Below the pieces are notes generated by a model. The model saw nothing but the letters and a program-made list of their open reading frames with translations, was not told the DNA's origin and did not search any database. A stretch of DNA of 63,788 nt, counting the filler, from Octopus bimaculoides (Eukaryota): assembly GCF_001194135.2 (NCBI RefSeq). It is 8 parts of 8 records of this genome, joined end to end, with 100 filler letters (N's around TTAATTAATTAA, not from the genome) between each part and the next. Parts side by side here need not be neighbours in the genome. Positions count along the whole stretch, not along the records: positions 1 to 19,654 come from NC_068981.1; 7 more parts are not named here. The stretch is one strand, 5' to 3'. Numbering within the stretch: the first letter of the stretch is position 1; each line of letters starts with the position of its first letter. Shown in pieces: positions 1 to 13,479 of this stretch. Position numbers and translations under genes: made by a program.

Positions 1-655
1 CAGCGTTAGGAAGGGCATCCAGCTGTAGAAACTCTGCCAATTGGAAATATGTTGTGCGTGAGAAGACCCGGCAAGCCGAGTGAGACCTAAATCTAAGGCC
101 TCAGCCAGTCCACTTATGTGTACCTTCCTCCCTACATTGGACACTAAACTCCACTTGCGAAGACCTGTTGAGGCAAGTGAAATCAAAATTGAGTTAAATT
201 GGACATCTGGCACCCATGCCAACATCGTCTCCCACATTGGACATGAAACTCAGCTTGCGAAGACTTATTGGGGCAAGTGAAAGCGAAATTGTGATGGCAC
301 CTGTGCCCAGTGTCGCCTTTCTGGCACTTGTGCCCGCAGCATGTGTAAGGACTTTCAAGCGAGATCGTTGCCAGTGCTCCTGGACTGGCTCTTGTGCATG
401 TGGCACATAAAATACACCATTTTGAGCGTGGCCGTTGCCAGTACCGCCTGACTGGCCTTCGTGCCGGTGGCACGTAAAAAGCACCCACTACACTCTCAGA
501 GTGGTTGGCGTTAGGAAGGGCATCCAGCTGTAGAAACTCTGCCAAATCAGATTGGAGCTTGGTGTAGCCATCTGGTTTCACCAGTCCTCAGTCAAATCAT
601 CCAACCCATGCTAGCATGGAAGCGGACGTTAAATGATGATGATGATGATGATGAA
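1..655 (+). mobile_element. 3' end of an RTE-clade LINE (ORF C-terminus, 3' UTR and (GAT)n tail), internally duplicated
   Basis: KYVVREKTRQAE* at ~45-83 matches the ORF ends of the RTE copies at ~4415-4450 and ~10880-10920. The motif gcgttaggaagggcatccagctgtagaaactctgcca occurs at 3 and again at ~509. The element ends ...ggacgttaaa(tga)n at ~655. Confidence 0.75.
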
Positions 656-1439
656 CTATTTTGGCCCAACTAAAAATACAAATGTATGTATAAGAAATAA
701 ATAAATAAATAAAAGCTATGTACAGATAAGTTGGTTCATTTGTTGTTTCTTTGCTTCAGTCCACAACATTCTACCCTGCTGACTCTCATCTGTCTTAATT
801 TAATTTAAATTAATTTATTGTTTACTCCTTATCTCCACCTTTTGTCACTGTGTAAAACTCATCTAAGTTGCTCCTCTCTCCATTACTGCCATGGCTCCAC
901 AGTCATTCCAATGTTTCCTTATCTGCAATGCACCCACCATCTCACACCCCCACCACCAATACCAGAAACCTCTCTTCTGTACCAGAACCCCTCTTGGAAA
1001 CCTTTCTTCTCTGCACCCCAACCACTACCAGTAGTGTTACCCACATTGCTGTAATACAAATGCTGTAGCTTGTTACTTTACACCAAAGATTATTGCTTAG
1101 TTAATTAATCAGCCAATTAACTCTATATATAATGAATTAACTACCTTTATTCTATTTATCTATTTAACCTATTCATTTACTTGTATTTGTATTAACATTG
1201 CTAGTACAAATGCTGGTATATAGCACCCACCTCCAATGGGGGCAACAATAATTAACCAGTTAGCTATTTCATTTTATTTTTCATGTATTTATTTGAATCT
1301 GTACTTACATTGCTTGTATGAATGCTTGTATGACACCCACTTCCAGTGGAAGCAGCAAGTGTGACATGAATGATGATAGATTAAATATGAGGACAACTGT
1401 TATGACATGTCTGTTGGCAAATGCTCATTAGAACCTTCA

Positions 1440-4400
1440 TTTTAGATGCTGAAAGTCAGTTCCCTCTCCCACCATGTTACCACCTGCTTCTCTTTACATT
1501 TCCTCAGAGTTGGCAATGTCAATGTAAGCACATTGAAAGGTAGGTCTGATGAGATTGTTGAGATGCTTGAACAGAGATGTATTGATGTGTGGTGCATTCA
1601 AGAAGTAAGGTGGAAGGGATCTTCAACCAGGTTCCTCACAGACAAAAGGTATAGTTATAGACTATTCTAGGGGAAAAAACAGTGATGAGGTAGATGTGGA
1701 CATACTTTTAGCAGAGAAATCAGTCAATAAGGTGATTGAGGTAGTCAGAGTATGTGAAGAAGTACTTAAACTTAGACTAGTTTTTCAAAGTAGCACAGCT
1801 GCAATCATCTCTGCCTATGCTTCCCAACCAGGTCTGCTAAATGAACAAAAGGACCACTTCTATGACACTCTTTTGCAGGCTGCCCCAAAGACAAATGACA
1901 GTAACCTTATCTTCATGGCTTGTAATTTCAATGGATATGTTGAGCAGCACCTGGGTGTCTTTCATGAAGTACATGGGGTTCATGGAATTGGTTCCCGAAA
2001 TGAGAAGGAAACAAGGCTGATGGAGTTCTGTGAAGTGAATGACCTAGTGATCTGCAGTACCAACTTCAGGAAATAAGTCAGTCACTTGATAATCTATAAG
2101 TCTGGTAACCATGCAAGTGAGATGGACTACATTCTCACCAAAAAGCAAGATTCATGGTTGCTCATAAATGCAAACTTTCCCAGGCAAAGAATGTATCCCT
2201 CAGCATAAGTTAGTCATTAATAACTTCAGACTACAGGCAAGAGTTCCAAGAAGCAAGTTGGTTTGTAAAAGGATCTGGAAGTTCAAGTATCCTTTAAATA
2301 GTTAGAGATTTAGAGATGTTCTAGCTGAAGCATTTACTGAGGAGTTACAGATATGTAAAAAAAGGATAACTGAAAGTTCCTATGAGACAACTTGCAAAGA
2401 GACACAGAACAGATTTGTGGAGTCCCAGCCAGACCTAGGGTGACATGTTGGTGGAACAGTATAGTTGATAGGATCATTAGAACAAAGAAACAAGCCTGGA
2501 AGGACTGGAAGGGTGGTAGTAGCAAGGAACTATATCAGGAAGCTAGGAGGCAGGCATACTTAGCCAGGGGTGAAGCAAAAAGGAAGGAGTTTGCCAATGT
2601 TCTGTGGCATGAAGACCAGCAGCTTGAAGTATTTTGGCAAGACAGTGTATCAGAGGAAATTTTGATGTAGGAAAGAAGTGCATTTGCATGGATGATAGTT
2701 CACTTGTAGTTAGTGACTCTGTCAAGAAAGAGGCTTGTGAGTGCCACTATGAAAGGCTGCTAAATGTAGAGAATTCATGGGAGAAGGAGAGTCTGCTTAA
2801 CATGGATCCAACAGAGAGACCAGCAATCCAATTATATAGTAGCTTGGTAGATAAAGCCATGAAGGATATGAAAATGGGTAAAGCCCTTGGCCCATCAGGA
2901 ATCACCACTGAGATGCTTAAAATATCTGGTGGTGTGTGTTATGGTCTAGTTACCTGTATAGTAAATCAGGTTGTACACATGAGAGTCATACCCAATGACT
3001 GGTGCAGCAACACCATAGTCAACTGCTACAACGGTAAAGGTGACACCTTAGACAGAAATAATTACAGAGATATCGAATTGTTGGACTAGGTGATGAAAAT
3101 TACAGAGAGAGTCATAGCTCAACTGATTAGGAAGAGAATTAGTGTAGATGAAATGCAGTTTGGTTTTGTACCAGGGAGAATCACTACTGATGCTATATTC
3201 CTGTAAAGGAGCTCAAGGAGAAGTACTTGGCTAAAAACAAACCTCTGTACTTGGCTTTTATTGACATAGAGACAGCCTTTGGCAGGGTCCTCTACTCCCT
3301 TATCTGGTGATCAATGCAGAACCAGGGATAGATGAGTGGTTGGTGAGAGATGTATCAGCCATGCACAGGGATGCTCTCAGTAAGATGAGGGTTGACAATG
3401 AGTATAACAATGAATTCAGTGTACAAGTAGGAGTTCACCAAGGATCAGTTCTCAGCTCCCTCTTGTTCATCATAGTCCTCCAGGCAATAACAGATGAATT
3501 TAAGATGGGCTGTCCTTGAGAGCTCCTCTGTGCTGATGACTTTGTTTTTATAGCTGAATCACTACCAGGACTAGAGAAGAAATTTCAGGTGTGAAAGCAA
3601 GGTCTGGAATCAAAAGGCCTTAGAATCAATTTAGCAAAGACCAAAGTCTTAATAAGTAGGAAAACAGACAAATCACAAATCCCATCAAAGTGATGGCCCT
3701 GCTTGATATGTAGAAAAGGCATAGGTAGAAACTTCATAAAGTGTACCTAAAGCAAGCTATGAATACGTAAGAGGTGCAAGGAAGGTTAACAGAAAGTAGT
3801 CATTGTGTGTAGCAGATGTAGAAGTACAATAAACACTAGAAATGTACATAAAACAGACTTCATCAAATGCCAGTGGTGAATACTCAAGAGTAGTTGACAG
3901 CTCCCATTATCTGGGTGACCATGTTTGCGGTGGAGGTGGATGCTCTAAGAGTGTAGCTGCTAGAATAAGAACAAGCTGGACAAAGTTCAGGGAGCTTCTA
4001 CTTTTGTTGGTAACAAAAGGACTTTCCCTCAGATTGAAAGGCAGATTGTATGATACTTGTGTGTGAACAGCTATGCAGTGAAACATGGGCTATAACTGCA
4101 AAGGACATGTGAAGGCTTGAAAGAAATTAATCTAGTATGCTTCACTGGATGTACAATGACAGTTTGCATGTACAACAGAATATAAGCATCTTGAGAGAAA
4201 TTTAGGTATAAGGGACATCAAAACGTGATGTGCAAAAGGAAATACTATGCTAGTATGGTCATGTGGTGTTTATGGGCAAAGACAATTGTGTAAAGAAGTG
4301 CTGATCTCTAACTGTGGAGGGAACCTGTGGAAGAGGTAGACTGAGGAGGACATGGGACAAGGTGATGAAGCATGATCTTTGGATGTTGGGTTTCAAGTGG

Positions 4401-4685
4401 TCAAGATGTTTGGCGATTTACTGTGCTTGAGAAGACTCATCGAACTAAGTGAAATCATAGTCATGGCCAGTGGCAGTGACATGTAAAAGGCACCCATACT
4501 GGTGACACATGAAAGGCACCCACTACACTCTTGGAGTGGTTAGTGTTAGGAAGGGCATCCAGCCATAGAAATCAAGCCAAATCAGACTGGAGCCTGGTAC
4601 AGCTCTCCAGCTTACCAGTCCTAGTCAAACCATCCAGCCCATGGAAAACAGAAGCTAAATGATGATGATGATGGTGATGGTGATG
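1440..4685 (+). mobile_element. Decayed near-full-length RTE-clade LINE (APE endonuclease + reverse transcriptase pseudogene)
   Basis: APE start LRVGNVNVSTLKGRSDEIVEMLEQRCIDVWCIQEVRWKG. RT motifs QFGFVPG..TTDAIF and VGVHQGSVLSSLLFIIVLQAITDEF..GCP*ELLCADD. Many stops and frameshifts. 3' UTR and gatgatgatg tail match 480-655. Confidence 0.92.
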
Positions 4686-5644
4686 AAAACAATAAGACAC
4701 AATTTTATCATGGTGAGAAGGAGAAAGAATAGATGTGTGTGTACACTATTTAAACAAAAAAGAAGGAACAAAAAATAATTAAAACCACAGTAGCATTTGT
4801 ATGTCTACATGAGTACACACTCATACATACAAACACACATTCATTGAGAATTTCTTGTTTTATTTGTAGTATTCAATCTTTATGCTCATAAGTAAAAGTA
4901 TTCTCTTCCATATTGTTAATCTATCTTTCAGCTTGAACCCGCAATTATATTTCTGATAATTTCAGTTTTTTGTGAAATTTCTTTTGATGATAACTTGGTC
5001 CCTGGGTTTTGTGGTTTCTCTTCAGTCACACATTTATTTTCAACCTTTCCTGATGTTGATATTTTAAAATCTTTTTCAACTTACCTCTTGATTTCATTTC
5101 ACTCTGCATCTGTCAGTCACTTGTTCCTATGAATATCTCTTACATTCGTAAGTTTGTTTTCATTCATATTTGATCTTATTTCTGGTTTCTTTCCCCCCAT
5201 AACCTAAAAGAATTTATATGAATGCATATATCACTTCTTTATACTCATTTGTTATGTTTAGATTTTTATCTTCCATGTGCTGCTGAACTTAGAGGGCTTG
5301 GGTTCAAGTCCATATTTGATAAAGAGCATGTTTCAGCTGCAGACTTTTCAACCTCAGGCAGTTTCCTTCTTGGAGGCTGTAGCCCTTGTTGACCCAGTCA
5401 TTGACCAATCCAGTATACTTTTCTCTGGAGACATTGCTTTTTTATATTTTTAGGTATTCAGTTTATCCTTTACTGTCAAGGGGTTAGCATCATCATCATC
5501 ATTATTATCAAGAACCATTAGAGTATCAGACAAAATACCTTGCTCTATTTGTTCCAGTTCTTTACGTTCTAAGTTGAAAAGGGTGGGGGTCGGTGGGGGC
5601 ACTTTTGCATTTTATTTTCCTGTGGTCGATAAATAAAATACCAG

Positions 5645-5921
5645 TTAAATGCACAGGATTGGTGGGATTGTAAAAGTATCAGACAAGATGCATTTAGGTG
5701 ACTGTTCAAACACTTTGTGTTCTGGATTCTTAAGGGATATATTTAAACTAGCATCCAGATTAATGTCACCACTTTTTCCTTGGGTGCCTTTCGCAAAGTT
5801 CACACTGCAGCAAGCATTTGGGCCAGATCTCCAATTTGAGGATAACTTCTTTAATTCCTCCACCAGTCTTAGAGGCTCTGATAATGAAAGCAAAATAGTC
5901 ATTGGCACTACCTTTCCGTCC
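5645..5921 (-). other. Possible minus-strand exon of an unidentified host gene
   Basis: Good acceptor ttttataatgttttgttag|G at 5921. Two frames stay open (DGKVVPMTILLSLSEPLRLVEELKKL... and GRKGSANDYFAFIIRASKTGGGIKEV...). No strong donor found, the 3' ~80 bp look SINE-derived, and the protein is not recognised. Confidence 0.25.
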
Positions 5922-6140
5922 CTAACAAAACATTATAAAATGTAGAAAATACTGATGAACTTGTAAACATATCCTTGTAGAACAATTTAGAAACCAATCA
6001 CTATTTCCATTAGTCAATGTATATTGTGGGGTATATCATCTATCAGTCAATGTTGTATGGTGTAAAGGACAGATTATTCTGTTGTAGGTATTCAATATTG
6101 AAATTTGCCTTGTATGATATCTGTGTAACATTTAGATATA

Positions 6141-6527
6141 TTCTTTTACTTGTTTCAGTCATTTGACTGCAGCCATGCTGGAGTACCGCCTTTAGTCGAG
6201 CAAATCGACCCCAGGACTTATTCTTTCTAAGCCTAGTACTTATTCTATCGGTCTCTTCTGCTGAACCGCTAAGTTACGGGGATGTAAACACACCAGCATC
6301 AGTTGTCAAGCGATGTTGGAGGGACAAACACAGACACACAAACATATACACACATACATATATAGACAGGCTTCTTTCAGTTTCTGTCTGCCAAATCTAC
6401 TCACAAGGCTTTGATTGGCCTGAGGCTATAGTAGAAGACACTTGCCCAAGGTGCCACACAGTGAGAATGAAACTGGAGCCATGTGGTTGGTAAACAAGCT
6501 ACTTACCACATAGCCACTCCTGCGCCT
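6141..6527 (-). mobile_element. tRNA-derived SINE (octopus OR/OK-type, two parts separated by a microsatellite), partly CpG-decayed
   Basis: Aligns by eye with the copies at 21107-21517, 22868-23267 and 38666-39088. On the minus strand the head carries A/B-box-like ggagtggctatgtggtaag and a cttgggcaagtgtcttctactatagcc core. Confidence 0.85.
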
Positions 6528-7229
6528 ATGTTGAACAACTTCTTGTCACCATTTTCTTGTAATCACTTGTAAGCACATGCTATGCTGTCTATTAGAGAAA
6601 ATATATGTTCAATAAGAAAACATGGCTATTTGTTAGTAGAAAATAAAGTTTGTAGATATTACAACAATAAAATTACATATATCAGTTTTCTTTTATCACT
6701 TATTCTAGTCTAAGTGACACTAGAGTTAAAAACAGTTAAGCAACAAGTGTTCTTACAAAGGTTGTGAATACAGGTTGAAATATGAAGCAATGTATACAGT
6801 AAAAATACCATACATATTAAGATAGTGTTTCATGTATAGTCAATTAACAAGTTCCAATACATAACAATAGTAAAATATTAGATGTACAGAATATACAACC
6901 TCAGGTGTTGTAGGAAATATCTATACATGCTTGTAATTCACTATTACAGAAATAATGATAAATAAAAGACATATAGTTAAAGTTCCCTTTGAGTATCACA
7001 TATGTACAAGCAAATAATGACTTATAAACAGGGAAAGATAATATACTTATTTTTAACCTAGTGGGGAAAGAAAATGTCAAAATAATTTCTTGTTCAGCTT
7101 AACACATCTTGTCATTTAAGATAACTGAAAATGTAAGTGAATGAAGTTCAATTCTATCCTATGTACTTCTACTAACATCTGTAAGAAAGAGAATAACACA
7201 ACTTGATTTGGCTTTATATAGGCAAAATG

Positions 7230-7700
7230 GCTTACAGAATATTGCTTTTGTTATTAGTCCAAATAAAAATGGTGCTCAAGGATTCCACTATAAATGCTTG
7301 TTTCAGGCACAACCACTTCAGGACTACTGTATGTTGATACATCTATGAATCTTTCAAAGGAGAAATTGAACTTACTAAGTCTTGCGATACTTCTTCATAG
7401 ATATTGTTTCCTGTCATAGTATCTTTGATTGCAAAGCATTTCTTCAGTAACATATAAGTCTTTATCAACACATGTAAATATTACAGTTTGAACTGAATAT
7501 GATGCTTCAGTGCTAGCTAGTGGAAATTAACTGAACTTTGATAATTCTTCTATTGAACTACCTTTATATCATTAGCAATTCTTTAACTCATTATTGCTCT
7601 GCAAGTAAATGCCAGGAAGTATTATTTCAAAAAGATTCCATCAGAATAATTTGCAGAATGTTTAACATGTTTACACTACCTTTATTTAGTACTCTTGTAC
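7230..7700 (-). pseudogene. Degenerate hAT transposase fragment (GTF2IRD2/SPIN-like)
   Basis: Minus-strand translation with frameshifts gives VDKDLYVTEEML/AIKDTMTGNNIYEEV..LV/KFNFSFERFIDVST..SP. This resembles the TEELL..SMKDTTTGEDIF.EV..........KL.SV.TDGAP pattern of hAT transposases. Confidence 0.55.
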
Positions 7701-8129
7701 CTGTTTCTTTAATGCTTTAATTTAAAATTTTCTAATATTGTCCTTAAATTTATATTTAGAAATTTATATCTAGAATGTTTAGCATTGTAATTCATTAAAT
7801 GCCATGGGGGTTTTCACTTCAACAAAGAAGTGTTGTGATTCCTTTGTTTCATTACAAACTATGCTATAGCATTATTTTATGCTATATTATTTTATTGGAC
7901 AAATGAAATGGGTTTTAATCACCAAACAATGAGTAACAAAGTCATTTACAGACTAGCCATTTTCTTCCCTTTCAAGCTCACACACACACAGGGTTTGGAT
8001 AGATTTACTTGCATAAACACACACACATATCAACATATTTGCACAAACTCAATTGTGTAGACAAACTCACTCCACTTCTACATGCAGAATAAAAATTAAT
8101 AAACATATTAAAGGTAATCTTGTGAGATG

Positions 8130-10920
8130 GAAAGAAGTCTCTGCTAGATTCCCCATGAAGTTCAAATTCTGCTGGATAGGCAGGAGTGATAGAGTGGGTA
8201 GTGTGGGCATACTCTTAGCAGAATAGTTAGTAGATAAGGTAACTGAGGTAGTCAGAGTATGCAATAGGGTTATTAAGCTAAGACTTATCATTGATAAATT
8301 AAGTTACATTTATCGCTGCCTATGCTCCACAGGCTGGGCTAGGTGATGACTAGGACCAATTCTATGGTCCTGCAGACTACCAATGATAAATGACAGAGAC
8401 TTCATTATTGTAGCTAGCGAATTTAATGGGCATGTAGATCAGTAATCCCATGGATTCCATGGTGGTTATGGCTTTGGCCCTAGGAATGTGGAGGGAACAA
8501 GGCGACTGGAGTTCTGCGATGCAAATGATCTCATGATCTGCAACACTAACTTTAGAAAACCAGCCAGCCATTTAATCACTTATCAGTCTGGTGGTGGGCA
8601 CATAAGCCAGATCAATTACCTCCTCACCAGGCAATGAGATAGGCAGATGTTCACAAATGCAAAGTCTTTCCCAGGTGAAGAGTGTGCAACCCAACAAAGA
8701 ATTAGGTCTAGAAAAGCTTGGAGAAGTAAATCACAATTGGAAAGAAGATTATGGAAGCCCAAAGACCCAGCAAACCATCAGAAATTTAGAGATATTCTTG
8801 TGGAAGCCTCTGACGAAAAAGAGGAGGAAGTAAGGACATATAGCTTAGAGGACAATTGGAAGTTCTTATGGGACAATCTACTGAGAATTTCGGAGCAAAT
8901 CTGTGGCTGGTGCAAAGTGCCAGGGAGGCAGAGGGTTACATGGTGGTAGAACAAGGAGGCAGACAGTGCCACAGCAAAGAGACACGCCTGGAAAGACTAG
9001 AAAAATGGTGGAAACAGAGAATTATATCAGATAGCCAAAAGGGAAGCTAGACAACAGGTCTATGTAGCTAAAGGAATAGCAGAAGGTAAGAGATTTGCCA
9101 ATGTTCTATAGCATGAGGATCAGAGGAATGAGGTGTTCAGGATTGTAAAGCAGCGAGTTGGAGAGAATAGAGATGTGGTGGGTGAGAAATGTGTGTGAAT
9201 GAATAATGGTATGCTTGGAATTAGTGTCTCAGAGAAGAAAGATGTGTGGAAGTGCTACTATGAAAGGTTACTAAATGTGGAAAATGAATGGAAGGGGAGT
9301 CTTTAAAATATTGAACTGATTGAGAGATCAGCCATCAGAGTTGATAATAGAATAATAGATAAGGCAATTAAGAATATGACAGGAAAAGCCTCTGGAGTAT
9401 CGGGTATCATGGCCAAGATGATAAAAATCTCTGGCAGCCTAGTCACTTGCATAGTTAATCAGGTTATTCAAGAAGGCATCATCCCCAATGACTGGTGTAG
9501 TAGTATTATAGTTAGCTGCTACAAAGTTAAAGGTGGTGCCTTAGATAGAAAATAACTAAAGAAGTATCAAACTGCTGGACTAAGTCATGAAAGTTACAGA
9601 GAGAGTTATAGCTCAATTAATTAGGCATAGAATTAAATTAGATGAAATGCAGTTTCATTTTATACCTGAGAAGAGTACCACAGATGCCATCTTTCTAATG
9701 AGACAGCTGCAGGAAAAGTATTTGGCCAAAAGTGAGCCACTGTACTTAGCTTTTGTTGACCTGATGAAAGCTTTTGACAGAGTCCCACACTATTATATGG
9801 TGGTCTCTCTTAGGAAGCTAGGAGTAGAGGAGTGGCTTGTTAAAGCCATACAAGCCATGTACAGAGGTCCTGTCAGTAAGGTGAAAGTTGGTCATGAATA
9901 CGGTGATGAATTTAGCATACAGCTATGGGTTCTTAGTCTACTTCTATTCATCATAGTCCTCCAGGCCATAAAAGAGGAATTCAAAACTGGATGCCCATAG
10001 GAACTACTATACACTGATAACCTTACTCTTATTGCAAAATTGGTGAAGAAATTCCAGGTATGGAAGCAAAACCTGGAGTCAATGGGCCTTAAAATTAACC
10101 TAGCTAAGATCAAAATTGTTGTTAGCAAGAAAGCAGATAAGACTCCTTCCATCAGGTAAATGGCTCTGCTCAGTTTGTAGGAAAGGAGTGGTAATTCCAT
10201 TCACTGCAACCAGTATAAGCTATGGATACATAAGAGATTAACATAAGGTAGATTAACAGATAAGGTCACCTGTGTCTGTGGCAGATGTACAGGAACAATA
10301 AGCACTAAGAGCACATGGGACTTAAATTCTCTCAAATGTCCAGGAGGCTCTCTTGAGGTAGTCAATAGATTCTGTTACCCAGGTAACCAAATTAGCAATG
10401 GGAGTAGATGCTTTGAAAGTATTCTAGAATATGAATAGGGTGGAGAAAGTTCAGAGAACTACTACCCCTGTTGACAACAACAGGACTCTCTCAGAGTGAA
10501 AGGTAGAGTGTATGATGTTTGTGTATGAATGGTAGTGAGACATGGGCTCTGAATGCAGAGGATATGTGTAGACCATAGAGGAATGAAGGCAGTATGTCTG
10601 CTGGATGTGCAGCATCAGTGTGCATGAATGACAAAGCACAAATGTATTGGGAGAAAAGTTGGGTATAAGAGGAATCAAATGTAGCATGCAACAGAGACTA
10701 CATTGGTTTGGACATGTGATGCATATGAATGAAGACAGCTATATAACGAAGTGCTGATCACTGAGAGTGGATGGCAATTGTGGAAGCAGGAGACCTAGGA
10801 AGACATGGGATGAAGTGGTGAGGATTGATCTCAGGATGTTGGGGCTCACAGAAGTAATGACAATGGACAGAGATGTCTGGTGATATGAGGTTCTAGAGAA
10901 AACCTGCCCACGTCAGTGAA
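8130..10920 (+). mobile_element. Second decayed RTE-clade LINE (5'-truncated APE + RT)
   Basis: Collinear with 1690-4450: GTRRLEFCDANDLMICNTNFRKP, MKVTERVIAQLIRHRIKLDEMQF.F..EKSTTDAIFLMRQLQEKYLAK.EPLYLAFVDL.KAFDRVP and LLFIIVLQAIKEEFKTGCP. Many nonsense mutations. Confidence 0.92.
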
Positions 10921-11434
10921 CCTGAGTTCTAGAAGTGTTGTGTTCCACCCACACATAATAAAATTTTCACACTCTCTACTCCAACAAATCAAACTACACC
11001 TCACTTACCCAAACTGTTTCTCTTCTCATCCTCACATTTTCACTTCATACACTATTATTATCTCCCACTCCCCAATACAGTCCTCACTGCATGCTCACTG
11101 TATCATTGTTCCCTCCCCTCTATATACCCAGGTTCTCACCAGTACCAGCATTCCCCACTCCTTACTTGTGACTTCTTAGCAATACCCTACCACCATTCAT
11201 CTCTCTCTTCCTTACTCTATCATCCCTGATCCCCATTACATCTATGCTCTGATCCCTGTTACTTACAAGTATACCCTGGTACTTGTTGCCATCCCTCTCC
11301 TTGCTGTCTCCTACTCTCTCTCTTAATTTTCCTTGCTCTTCCCTCTGGCTGAGTAATCATGCATCTCCTCTGTGGTGAGATGGAGGAAGAAGACAACAAG
11401 AAGCAAAAGGACAGAATGAAACGTTGGACCTTAC

Positions 11435-11600
11435 CTTGCCGACCGCAGCGGAGTACACGATCGCTCCTGATCAGAACACGTCTTTCTCGTAACGTCGCTG
11501 TTTTCTGACTGCTCCACGTGCTAGCCTTCGACCGCGTATCGCCGACTTCCGATCTGACCCTTCCGGTCTGGCCCTTCCGGTCTGGTTTCACCTCTGTTTG
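11435..11600 (-). promoter_or_regulatory. CpG island with tandem ETS-type CCGGAAG motifs and a putative non-coding first exon
   Basis: About 19 CpGs in ~160 bp against almost none in the flanks. The minus strand reads agACCGGAAGggccagACCGGAAGggtcagaTCGGAAGTcggcg and ends at a consensus donor CAAG|GTAAGG (last exon base 11435). The exon has no ATG. Confidence 0.6.
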
Positions 11601-12519
11601 CCTCACCCCTCTCCACCACAACACACAGCTCATCACAGCCCATAACACCACATCCTCTATATCAACAAACCTGTTTTTCCTTCATTCGTGATTACTCTCC
11701 CTCCCTCCTTCTCTTGCTCTTGCCTCTAGCTAAGTAACCATGTACCTCAAGGAATTTTACTCCTTTACAGCAGTAATCATCTTTCTTGTTAAGCTGCATT
11801 ACTGTAAATAACAACACTACATTTGTTAACTTAGCTTCTAAATTCCACTCTTCTCCCACTTCAATATATCTGTCTCACTACTAGGAGCACAGAAATTTCT
11901 CCAGATTCAGGAAGGGAGCCTTTACACTTAATCTGCTAGGAATAGCCAAATCTCTGACCACGAAAAAAAAAAGACCCCCCCCCCCCAACTCCTCTTTACT
12001 ATCTTTAAAAAAGGAAGTACACATTAGATGATATGGTCTTAGTTGCATGGTTGAGGTAAAAGAGTGGATGAAGCTAGTTAGAAGACCTTTGATCATAGAC
12101 CTGCTCAATCAAGGTTGACCTTAGGAATGAACAGGCAAGACTATGAGGTTAACAATTTCAATTTGCAGTCATATAGTTTTAGATTCAATGCTGGAGCGGG
12201 GGGGGGGGCGTTGGTGGTAGCATTTTCTATTGCAAGCATTCAAGTAAGATCTCTCTTCAGTATAATAGCCTCCTCACAACCAAAATAGGATGGTGTGAGG
12301 TGGGGGAAAAATTTGTAACTGGGTTAAATTAGTAATTTCTGATTTCTTGTTATTTTCTCACTAACCATTTGAAATCATGATATCGCAAGTATTGCATGAT
12401 CATTTTATACTGTTGCATCATCTTTAGGAGTAAAAATTGGTCAGCATAGTTCTTGTTGAAGTTGAGAGAATCCGAAACAGTCAGGTAACAGATACTTTTT
12501 ATTCAAGGAATTTTTACTC

Positions 12520-12640
12520 AACTTTGACAGGACAAAGGAAACCTTTTCTCGCACCTGTTGATCGTAGTGGTTTGGACGACCCAGAATCCTTAGATTTGGT
12601 TTCGAATCTAAGCTTGGAGAAGGAAGTATTAATTTTTACA
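12520..12640 (-). repeat. 3' LTR, portion shared with the 5' LTR
   Basis: tgacaggacaaag...gacccagaatccttagatt..gtttc.aatctaagcttggagaaggaagt.ttaatttttaca is repeated at ~17307-17426. It reads TGTAAAAA on the element strand directly after the PPT. Confidence 0.8.
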
Positions 12641-12653
12641 CTACCCCACTTCT
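12641..12653 (-). other. Polypurine tract of the Gypsy element
   Basis: AGAAGTGGGGTAG on the minus strand, directly abutting the TG start of the 3' LTR. Confidence 0.75.
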
Positions 12654-13479
12654 AATGAGAAAGCCACAGAGACTGAATGATATTGGAAATGTTATTTTGT
12701 GTGTATGCAGAAAAAATTTACACAGTGTAACAGACAAATGAATATATGTCAAAAACATGGGGCGTGAAAGAAATAAAAGTATAAAAATATGAAGCAAAAA
12801 AGATTCACTGTTGGTGTGTGCAATATGGTAAGCAATACATATATGTGCCCAGGCAGAAACATGTTGGCGCATTGAAAGAGATGTGCGTCTATTGATTACT
12901 CGACCCACTAGAGGTCTAATAGAGACAAGGTATCTTTCAGTGATACAAAAGATCAAGTGATAGCACACATGAGAATGTGAGTGTTGCAAGTGTGTGTAAG
13001 CATACAGGGAGCAAAACATTTAAAAGAAGACAAAATATTTTTGAAAGAAAGCAAAACGTATGTACATATAAGGAATTGACAGAAAAATGAAAAATGTTCG
13101 TAGAAAAGTTCGTTTGTAAAATGTTCAGTCAATGTTCATAAAAATGTTTTTCGTACATGTAGAAAAGGTTTTTTTTTTTTTTATACAAAATGTTCATTGA
13201 TTTCTTTTGGTTTGTATATGGGTGATGCAGTCATTTGGGTTATATGTTGATGTAGGCATTTCATTTGAGGAGATGGGTTGCTTAAGAGTTTGAACTTACC
13301 CGAAAGACTTGAACAAACCTTGCGGGCCAGCGAATTGTTCTTCCTGATTTGGTGTGCTGGGGTTGTGCATAATCTGAGGTGTTTGCTGGAGTTGTTGAGT
13401 CCATTTGAGAAATGGAGGAAACTAAAAGCAAGTCCTCCTCAATGTAGGATTTTTTAAAATGATCAACTGATATAGTATT

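Noticed and set aside
183-581. 132-aa minus-strand ORF and overlapping ORFs
   Set aside because: They lie in the RTE 3' UTR repeat. The same peptide reappears at 50667-50879 because the repeat does.
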